DNA from: Octopus vulgaris
Lineage: Eukaryota
Assembly: GCA_951406725.2 (NCBI GenBank)
Contig: OX597817.1
Coordinates: forward strand, 110,174,001 to 110,238,000
Length of the DNA stretch: 64,000 nucleotides
Direction: 5' to 3'
Positions 1 to 64,000 of this stretch are shown piece after piece. Each line of letters opens with the position of its first letter. The first letter of the stretch is position 1. Both the position numbers and the translations under genes were made by a program. The notes under the pieces were generated by a model. The model made no database searches. It saw only the letters and a list, made by a program, of their open reading frames with translations, and was not told the origin of the DNA.

Positions 1-375
1 AATGGTGCTTTTTATGTGCCACCTGCACAGGAGCCAGTCCAGCGGCACTGGCAACTACCTCGCTCAAATGTTTTTTTCACGTGCCACCAGCGCAAGTGCT
101 AGTAAGGCAACGCAGGTAACGATCATGCTCGAATGGTGTGTTTAACGTGCCATCGGCACAAAGGCTAGCTTGTTGCTCTGGCAACGATCTCACTCGTATG
201 GTACTCTTAGTGCTCCACTAGCAACGGATGCCAGTCACCGAGTTTGATTTCGATTTCACTTGCCTCAACTGGTCTTCACAAGCAGAGTTTAGTGTCCAAT
301 GAAAGAAAGGCATGCATAAGTTGACTGGTTACACCCCCTAGGTTATGGTCACACTTGCGCTTGCCAAGTGTGTTA
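1..375 (-). mobile_element. RTE LINE 3' UTR fragment with ~62-bp tandem units
   Basis: Reverse complement matches the 3' UTR of the RTE element at 35330-35880. Confidence 0.75.
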
Positions 376-1734
376 TGTTATAATATTATATAACTAAATT
401 AAATGACATTGTGAAGTTTTACCATATTGTTTGCCCCCTTCATTTCTGCTTTCACACACACGTGTGCACAAACACACACACACACACATAAATCAATGTG
501 TCATGTTACCCTATCCAACAGAAATGTCATGATGGTCATTGGTATTTACAAGGAATATCTAATTATATATTGTTGTATGCCCTCCTTTCCCCTCTCAAGT
601 TCACCCACCCCAGTCAATCCTATTCCAACAGAGCTGTGTTACAAATATAGTTGATTGAACATTTGGGTGTGCCTACTTATCCAACTCTCACCATATTTCA
701 TGCCCTTCCATCCTACTCAATTTTTCATTATGTGTATATAACAAGGATTAACTAAATTTACCTATGGAGATTTGTTTATAGTTGTTGGGTTTTATGTGTG
801 TTTTTTTTTTTTTAGTAAATCAGAAGTTATAAGCTGAGAAATTGTGATATGAAAATGCTTTAGATTGCTCTCAAGTCCCAGTATATGTTGATCATATGGA
901 TATCACATCTTACAAATATCCTATATATACAGAATATAGTGTCACATTGATTAAAAAGTTAATGAGGTTAAATATACTATGCTCTTCACAGTGTTGTCAT
1001 CAACTCATACCGAAATATAGCAAAATGGATAGTACTTTAGGGGTATTGGAATGGTAGAATCACTAAAACAGCAGGCAAAATGCATTGCACTATTTAATTG
1101 CATCTCTTTACATTCCAAGTTTGGATCTCATCAAGGTTGACTTTGCCTTTTGATCCTTTAGGGTTTGATAAAACATAGTACCAGTCAAATACTTGATTCA
1201 AAATTTGTAGCCTTATGTCATATCATCGTTTAAGATCCTCTTTTCCACATTTGCATGGGTCAGATGGAATTTATTGAAACAGATTTTTTACAGCCGGATG
1301 CTCTTCCTGTTTCCAGGAAGTGAGGTAAATATTTCTCCATGTTTTCATGGAAGATTGGAAATGGAGGACACCACTTACATGATGGTGACATTTACATTTA
1401 TCACATAAAGTCAAGGCAAGGAGGCTGTAACACACACATACACACACACACACACACATATGATGGGCTTCCTTCAATTTCAGTTTAACAGATTCACTCA
1501 CAAGGCTTCGGTTGGCCCAGGGCTATGTTAGAAAACATTTGCCCAAAGTACCATATAGTGGGACTGAACCCAAGACCATGTGGTTGAGAAGCAAACTTCT
1601 TACCACACAGCTATGCTTGCACCTAACAAGCTTTGGCATTCATTCTCTTTGAATTAATAAAATTAAAGTACCACTCAGTACCAGCCTAATATTGAGGTTG
1701 ATTTAATCAGCTAAAGCCACAGCCAAAATGCAGT

Positions 1735-2120
1735 GTGGCTGATGATATGTGCATCTCTGATCACGAGCAGAAGTAGTCGGGAGTATCAGTTATAGCCATG
1801 TTTTGAGGGGCATTCTTTGGGGTTTGGATAATTCACCTCTGGAAACTTGGGTGTTTCGTTCATTATCCTTAAACAACCTTTAATCAAGAACCTTTTGAGT
1901 GGGATAGGCTACTCAACCTGAAGAAAATTCTAATTGAGCCCCGCCTGCAAGGTCGTGCGCTCTTTATCTTGATATGAAATCATCATATTGCACATATATG
2001 AATGTGATGCATGTGCCTGGTGTACCCTTATCAGATGGGTAGTCATGATCAGTATACTGGGCCTTGTATATTTTACACCAATGTCACTTTGATGGCATGC
2101 ACTGCTCTCTCAATAATAAT
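1735..2120 (+). mobile_element. Interspersed retroelement with (AAT)n tail (here 'family F'); second copy at 27097-27660 on minus
   Basis: Reverse-complement match to 27097-27490; both copies end in ctctctc+(AAT)n. Confidence 0.7.
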
Positions 2121-2129
2121 GACAATAAA

Positions 2130-2430
2130 AGAAGAAAAAGAGAACATGCATGATGATTGACATAGCATGACCCGGTGATAACAAGATCAAAGAGAAAGAA
2201 GAAGAAGAAAACCTGAACAACTACGATGATTTAAAGTGGGAAATTCGAAGGTTGTGATCAATGAGGAGAGTGGATGTGGTACCTATAGTAATTGGTGCAC
2301 TTGGAAGCATCAGCATGCAACTACCATCAAGGCTCAAATAGATTGATATAAATGCAAAGGTAGAGCACCTACAAAAATTAGCATTGCTTGGAACTGCAAG
2401 AATTCACAGGATTCTTGAAGCATGACCAGT
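2130..2430 (+). mobile_element. R4/Dong-like non-LTR retrotransposon, C-terminal restriction-like endonuclease fragment, degenerate
   Basis: Translates MIDIA*PGDNKIKEKE..YDDLKWEIRRL*SMRRVDVVPIVIGALG...LQKLALLGTARI. Confidence 0.75.
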
Positions 2431-2795
2431 AAATGAGTGTCACCTTAGTCTGCTGGCTGTGGAAAGCTGACACTTTCCATCATACCCAGCAAGATATGAA
2501 TGACCATGGGATTGAACCTAGAAAGTTCCCCTTCAAGGCACAAGTCCAGGCTAGGTTGATTATGGAAGACCAACAGTTGCTCATACATACCAGTCTCTCC
2601 TCACAACTCATTTCTACAGATTCTATCTATCTATCTATCTAATCTACATCTCAAAAACTGCTAAACCTCTTAATTTCTAACTTCTGATATTTTGTACTTC
2701 TGGTCTATCTTTCTATCCATGTTTCTCTATCTATCTGTTTGTCTGCCTGTCTATCTATCCATCTACCTCTGTCTGTCTATCTCTCTATCTATTTA

Positions 2796-2839
<44 letters not shown>

Positions 2840-4416
2840 ATCACCTCCTCCTTCTACCTGTTCATTTATTCCTCCTAGCTCAACTTTACTTCTCTTAGCA
2901 TAGCACCCCCCTCTCACCATCCTACACATCTCTCTATTAATGCTAATGTTTATGAAATGTATGAACATCAAAATAGTTAGCTACTTATTTTAATCTCTGA
3001 TATTTTAAGATCTTAACTAAAACATAATATCAAAAGAAGACACTAATACAAAATATGATTGGGTCAAGCCTCGTGAAATATGAGTAAACCCCTTGCTGAC
3101 TGGAAGCAAAGTTGCTGGCAGTGACAGCAGCCAGATCAGGCATGATTGGTTGAGCAAACATATAATTAAAGGTATTTGAGCTCTGCTCACCCAAAGCCAC
3201 ATTATAAACATATCTTTCTTTCTGAGACAGTAGGGTAGGATATGATGGATATTTAGTTACTATTTCTAGCAGATTGAGTGAACACAACCAATTCTTGGTT
3301 GAAACCATTTCAACTTCCTTTACATCATATTTATGCTTTACAAAAGGAAAGGCAGATAAACAAAATCATTTCTAGTAGTAATTGTCTCAGACCTGTATAA
3401 AAATGAAGTCTTCAATTAATGTATTTGATTCTAAGAACAGCTGTATAGTCTCTTTCCCAATGCATCGTACTTGATTAATTTCCCCTGGAGATTTCTCATG
3501 CTTCACAATTCTTTGATGCTAATGGTTTAAAGCTTGGCATCTTATTCTTGTTTCTACTGTTCTTGTAACTGCTGCCATTACTGCTGTTAGCTGGATTGAT
3601 TTCTTCACTAACTTATAATCCAGGTCAATCAAATGTAACATAGATATATATATTGTTTTTAAATAACTGACTTTTCTCTTTCTAAATTTATCCAAAACAA
3701 CAGTTCATGATTCATATAATAGTGATGATGATGGTGGTGGTTTCTTTTATTTGCCACAGGGACATAGACGAGGGGCGACATCACAAGGACAGTCAACAGT
3801 ATGTGTGTGTGTGTGGTAGGGCATTGAATTAAAGATGTAAAAGAAAAGGAAAAGATAGTGAAATGAGATAAAAAGTACGCATAGTATACAATGTATGGGA
3901 ACACATTAATGATGCAATCCTCTCGTTAAAAGAGAACCTCGAACTCAAGCTAATCAAAGAAACCCACAGACCACCAAAGGCACAAGCCCTCACCCAACTG
4001 TTGTTCTCCATAACCATTTTTGCCACAGTCACCCACCTTTTTACAAATTCAAGTAGTTCCCTATCCAACCTTATTTTCCTTTCCAAATGAAACTTAAAAA
4101 AGTTGATATGAGCTTAACTGAAGAGGAAGGTGTCTTTCCTCTCTCCCTTCAGCCTCATCCGCCACACAACTTGCTACTAGACAGAGCAATACTACCTACC
4201 CTGCTTTGTTAAAGATAGGTGGATGGATAATCCTCATGATGAACTCAACCAATTACTGGATTCATTCTATAAGCAACAACAGCTGTTTGGCATAACTCCA
4301 CAAGTCAGCAATGCTCAGACATTACACAAATACCTGCAGCATACTTTCATTGATCTGTACACATCTCAGACAGTCCCACCTGCCAGTACTTTCATGTCTG
4401 TAGTGTTTATGACACA

Positions 4417-4742
4417 GTGAAGGTGCATGGTTTAGTGGTTAGGGTATTTGACTCACAATCATAAGGTCATGAGTTTGATTTCCAGTGGTGCATTGTGTCC
4501 TTAAGTAAGGCACTTTATTTCCCGTTGTTCCAGTCCACTCAGCTAGCAAAGTTTATTAGTAGTACCTGTATTTCCGTGGGCTAGCCTTGTCACATTCAGT
4601 GTCATGTTGAATCTCCTTGATAACTAAGTTAAATATATGCATGTCTGTTGAGTGCTCAGCCACTTCCACATTAATTTCATGAGCAGGCTGTTCCATTATT
4701 CAGTTCAACTGGATCCCTTACCATCGTAAACAATGGAGTGCC
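4417..4742 (+). mobile_element. tRNA-headed SINE (family C); also 12787-13100 (-) and 43029-43340 (-)
   Basis: A/B-box-like head (tggtttagtggttagg..gagtttgattt) and a body shared by three copies. Confidence 0.7.
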
Positions 4743-5426
4743 AATTTATAACATAAGACCCACAATTTTCAAGAGAAGAGGTCAGTTATTATCTCATCAA
4801 CTCCAGCACTTGATTGATATTCTATTTTATTGACTCCTGGAGGGATGAAAGGCAAAGTCACTCTCAACAGTATTTGAACTCAGAAGGTAAAGAGCTGGGA
4901 GAAATACCATTTTTTTTATGTACTGATAACTCTACCAGCTTGCTGCCTTTCTAAATTAGGTACAAGGCCATTATCGAAAAACCTTTTGTGTTCCAAACAT
5001 CATCTTAATGATGAAAAACTTAGTTATTCAATTAAATTCTTCCAAATTCTCAATCATTTTAACTAACAATGAAAATAAATATACAATGCATTTATTTAAT
5101 CAGAAATATTGTTATGAAAGGTTTAAAGGTTGTAGATGTTAGAATTAATAAAACACTGGACAAAATATTATACAAATAGTATTCAGTTTTGTCTCTTTAA
5201 GTTTGGAATTATTTAGGATTGGCAAATGATTCTAGTTAAACATTCAGGTCAGTTTAGTCAACTGTGTTCTATTCTAAAATGTGTGACTTTTTGTTAATGA
5301 TATAAATCAATATATTAATTTATTGATAGCTAAGCCGATGAATGAAGGACAAGCGTGTTTATATTTCACTGAAGTAAAACATGTTGCTCTAAAAAGCATG
5401 GAAAATTATCCTTTTTATCCACTTTC

Positions 5427-5600
<174 letters not shown>

Positions 5601-6284
5601 CTGTTTAGTTGGATAGTTATTTGAGGCAGGATTTAACAGTCAGAGGTTCTTCTTGTCACCAATTCTTACCTGTTTCTCAAGTATGAAACTTTCTGTCCCA
5701 AATATTTTCCTAAGTGCAAAGTCACAATGTCATAAAGACACATCAGTATTCAAGTACATTTTTGCATACACACACACATTCATATATAAAAGGTGTGTGT
5801 GTACAATGGGATACTTGCAGTTTCTGTTTACTAAATTCATCCTCAAAGAAACAGTTGCCTTATGACAATAGTAAAAGATTCTTACATGGTGGAAACAAGC
5901 CCAAAGCCACATGGTTACAAAGTATATCTGTTTACATTTCCAAAATAAATTTGTTAAGGAAGCACTCAATAAGAATATTCAGTCAATATATCTTGAGAAA
6001 ACATATAGTATTGATTTCTTACATAGTATGTACAAAAGTTTATAGTTATACTCTATTATAATCAGATATTACAAATTTGTAACAGGTACTACCAGTACTG
6101 TTATTATTACTACTTCTGTTACCACCACTATTAAATGTTTAAATGCTTGAGATAGTTGTTGTTAGCAGATGTACATGTATATGCATTTGTGGTCAAGTGT
6201 ATTTGGTCGTCACTATTCTTAGTTAAGAGGAATTAAGGTTCCCAGTTTGAATCTAGTCTGGTATTGTTATATTATTATATTATA

Positions 6285-6678
6285 CTAGCAGTATCGCCTG
6301 GCGTTGCTCGGGTTTGTAAGGGAAATAACTATATAAGCATTTTAGAGAGTTATAGCCAAAAAATAGCAAAAAAATGCATTAAAAATGGAAAAAATATGAT
6401 GGTAAATTTTTTTTTAAATCGTTGACTCATCGTAGACATTTTTAGAGAGTTACTTCCCTTTAAAAAAATATGCTTGAAAATGGAAGAAAATTATGGTAAA
6501 TTATTTTTAAAATCGTAGACTCATTGTAGACGTGCGCTAATACCCAGAAGGGCTCAATATGAATCACGACTATAAGATACCCGGTTTTGGTTAAACTGCA
6601 CCGCAAAATGTGGGAGTAGTTAGGAATCTAAATCGAAGGGGACAGACACTCACACAACTACAGTTTTATATATAAAGA
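6285..6678 (-). mobile_element. Non-autonomous Helitron
   Basis: On minus: 5'-TC ... subterminal hairpin (cccgagcaacgccagg) ... CTAG-3', inserted between A and T; close sister copy at 54536-54932. Confidence 0.8.
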
Positions 6679-7050
6679 TTACACTCTTGGAGTCTAAACA
6701 CTCCAAAAATAACATCTTGAACCGAATTTGAAAAAAAATGTTTTCAAAAATCTGAACAACCTAATAGTTTTACAACCACACTTTAATAAAGTGTACACAG
6801 TCTTTAAGTGTCTCATGAGTACTGTCTTTAGTATCTTTGTTTTCAAAGATTTCTTGTGTTTTTCACTTGAGTATAATGTTACCCAACAAATTAGACTATT
6901 AGTTTTTTGTTTTCTTTTTGTTCTGTTTTGTTGTTTTACATTAGATTTCTTGCATTATATGTGAATAAATACAATGATTTATTGCTTGCTCCCTCTGTCT
7001 CTCTTTCTGTTTTTTCTCTAATCCTAACTTTCTTCCTTTCTATTTATCAG

Positions 7051-60814
<53,764 letters not shown>

Positions 60815-61379
60815 GTATGTATTTTTTGCTTTAAATAAATAATAAATAGCTTGACTGTTTGATTTAGGGATGTGCTCATTCATTTATTGAGCAGTTGGAA
60901 TTATGATTGATCCATTGATTTACTGTATTACTGAAGTTGATGTATCACATTAAGATTAATTGGTTGGTTGCTACTGCTGTCGTTGTTGTTGTTGAACTCC
61001 AAGTCAGCCCTAATTAACCATTTTGATACCAACCTGCCAGAGATTAAATCTATAACACAAATTCACTGTTTTAAAGTGCTCTAAATGAAAACCTTGTCTC
61101 AGAATTTTACTTTAGTATGTATTGTGTACAGTGGCTTTAATAAGTTTTCATTATTTTTCAATTTTTTTTTTTTTTTAGTATTTTCCAAATTAATTGTAAT
61201 AAAAGCAGTGTATTTCAAGAGAAATATGGTAAGAAAAGGGATATCAGAGCTATAATCAAAAGCATTCCCTAAATCCAGTCATGAACATCTCATCATAAGT
61301 AGTATATCCCTATTTATATCATCCAAAGTATCATTTCGGATGTGAGACATCAGGGTCTAATTTGAAGATCTACCTGAAT

Positions 61380-62590
61380 GCATAGAAAAGGAATTAATCA
61401 TAGAAGGACTAAAAGTCACTGTAGAAAACTATTTATGAAAAAAAATCTGGGACTGTACTGAGGACAAAAACAGACCCATGCTTTGCAAATTTAGTTATAG
61501 GTTGTAGCTAGAGATTATTATGTACCAAAAACCACTGCAAAAATAAAGGAACTATTTCTTTAAAAGTTATTAGAAAACTGGGAAAGATAACATGATTATT
61601 ACTTCATTCTATGGAATGAAAGCATAGAGAAAACTGAAAGAATTCAAAATACTCCTCAGTAGAATTAGCAAAAATATGCAATTCACTATGGAATATAGCC
61701 AATACCAACTCCCATTTTAGACAATGTGATAAAGAAAGTCAACAACCAAATAGAGATGAATATTTACTATAAACCTTTGAACTCCAAACAATATTGACTT
61801 TTTAGTTCATAGCATCTGAGACACACCAGAGTCTCTGATAACCTAACCGAAAGGATCTGCACAATTGTATCTGATGAAAACATCTATCTTCAAGAACTTA
61901 AAGATACACTCCTTGACAGGAATCATCCACTGTCTGTTAGTGATAATGGAATACATCTAGCTAAGAAAATCAATATCCAGGAACTAGATAAACAAAGCAA
62001 AGAATTTTATCAGAATTGAAAACCTTACCTTACACTTTCATTCACAATCCTAACAGCAATGAGGCCAACATTATATTTTAAACATATCAACAGAGATAAA
62101 GGACTCTAGAATGAACCAAACTCTTCAAATACATACCACCATAAAAAGTAAAAGACAGCCAAAGTTAATGAAAAAATATTAAACAGAACCAAGTGTAAAA
62201 AATATGCAAAAGACACTACAGTGGCATACATTTAAATCTGTCAGAAGGATGGGAGATCCATTGTATGCAAGAGTAATTCTTCAAAATAACTTCACTTGTG
62301 CATCTGAAAGCCTAATTTATGCAATTAGATGACCATGGTGTGGAGAAAACTACATGAGGAAAACAAAGATATCCTTAAGACAAAGCATGACTCTGCATAG
62401 ATCACAAATTAGAATATTGAAGTACAGACAAATAGGTCTCAGTAAACATATAGATACATGTTCTGGCAAAAAAAAACAATCAAATTTTGCAGTCTTCACC
62501 TTATATCAATCTTCCAATGGCACCTTGCAACAGAAAATGCATGAGCAAAGAAATGGCATTCATAGCCAAATACCAACTACTTATTTTTCA
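61380..62590 (+). mobile_element. Second Penelope-like relic (RT + GIY-YIG), heavily degenerate
   Basis: Fragments GTVLRTKTDPCFANLVIG, MQFTME, YYKP..SKQY*LFSS*H, NNFTCASESLIYAI..CGENY..T..SLRQ..TLH; homologous to 15430-16860. Confidence 0.8.
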
Positions 62591-63567
62591 GTGCAAGAAA
62601 GAAAGGATGACTTCTACTAAGGATACTATTCCAGCTACTACTGCCTCTGCTGCTATAGCCACTACTCACACTCTTGCAACTTAAAGAGAAAAACAAACTA
62701 CTACTATATCTACAGCTTCTACCACTTCCTCTGCTGCTGCTATAATTACTACTTCAACTAATGGGATTTAGACAACTACTATGACTAAGACCACTACCAT
62801 TGCTTCCACCACTACAATACAATTTTTCCCACCATTAAGAGTCACATTTTAATACCCTTTCTATTATAGACATAGGACCTGAAATTTTGGGAGTGGGGGT
62901 TAGTCATTTACGCCACCCCAGTGCTCAACTGGTACTTATTTTATGGTCCCTAAAAAAGGATGAAAGTCAGTCAACCTCAACAAAATTTGAACTCAGAACA
63001 TAATGCCACTCTTTAATATAACATTGCTAGTAAGGAACAAAAAGACAACTGCCGTGGCTAAAATTATAACCACAACTATTAGGACTCAGTAGCAATCAGA
63101 AAACCAACAACTATTATCATTTGAATTTCGTAAGAAAAATATATGAACTTTCAAAATTGTTATCATGAAACATTAATTTAATTTAATTCAATATATTTTC
63201 CCTTCTCATAATGCATGACTAAATTGACTTAAACAATTGAAACCAGCAATATTGTCTTAAGATGTAAAAATTTTCTTCCTTTTATTCAGGATAAAGTTCT
63301 CAGAATATTTTCTACTTTTGTTTCTATCGCACACACACACACACACACACACATACATACATAAATGTAAGATCCAGGGATCAAAGTGTAGGAAGAAAGT
63401 TAACTTTAAGCAATCCATAGTAAATATTAAAAAAACAACTTTCAGGGACAATAGTGGTTTATTGAGACGGAAGGTTGCAGATTTTTTCATATTGGAGAAT
63501 GAGAAGCTGAAAAAAGTTTCTATATTCCACAGTAGGTGACCAGGGTTGCTGGGTGTGTAAATAAGAG

Positions 63568-63796
63568 TACAAGTGTTATGGAATGGAGTAGGTAAGATCC
63601 AGGCTACATATGTTTCATAGTGGGCAGAACCTCAGAAGTAGTAAAAATTCAAGCAAGGTGTATACCACCAACTACTCCTTGGCCTGAAGAGTAGCTAGTG
63701 GTATACACCTCATTTGGATTTTTACCATTTCTGAGGTTTCGCCAGCTATAAAACATGTAGCCCGGATCTTACCTACTCCATGCTGTAACTCTTGTG
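63568..63796. mobile_element. ~230-bp palindrome centred at 63682/63683 made of two head-to-head hammerhead motifs
   Basis: tggagtaggtaagatcc...gg|cc...ggatcttacctactcca; arms mirror. Confidence 0.85.
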
Positions 63797-64000
63797 TGTG
63801 TATTTAGCCTGGCTTCTTTCCCTGCTCCCACACTTGCCCTTACCTCTCCAACACCACCCTCTTCATGAGAGTGCATGTATGTATATCATGGATAGGCTTG
63901 AAAACAGTGCATCCGCTTGACAGAAACAGATTTGATTTTTGAAATCTGCATTCCAAGAAGGTTTATGTTTATTATTAATCAAAATATATAATTTGTTATG

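Noticed and set aside
60815-64000. Next DPP4 exon (DNVHFQ...) and the catalytic His exon
   Set aside because: Not seen; the region is occupied by a MITE, a Penelope relic, simple repeats, a SINE and a palindrome.

Overview
AT-rich, microsatellite-dense animal genomic DNA. The repeat families look like those of octopus or other coleoid cephalopods, but that is pattern recognition and is unverified. The window lies inside one large + strand gene for a dipeptidyl peptidase 4 (S9B/DPP4-FAP family) enzyme. I could assemble 15 GT-AG exons (7051-60814, 1518 nt, one continuous reading frame). They carry the Glu-Glu motif, the oxyanion Tyr, the GW|SYGG nucleophile split by an intron, and the catalytic Asp (HGTAD); the N-terminal exons and the catalytic His exon were not found and probably lie outside the window. 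The introns are full of transposons: RTE and CR1 LINEs, R4/Dong-like fragments, two Penelope RT/GIY-YIG relics, a DD37D Tc1/mariner relic, non-autonomous Helitrons, MITEs and several tRNA-headed SINE families. The most striking signal is four head-to-head foldback elements with largely unrelated sequences (~20.0-21.0, 29.4-30.5, 57.9-58.3 and 63.6-63.8 kb). Each carries outward-facing type-I hammerhead ribozyme motifs, and further solo or degenerate hammerheads occur elsewhere. One foldback also has a tRNA (Pol III) head and a 13-bp target-site duplication. Repeat boundaries were read by eye and are approximate.
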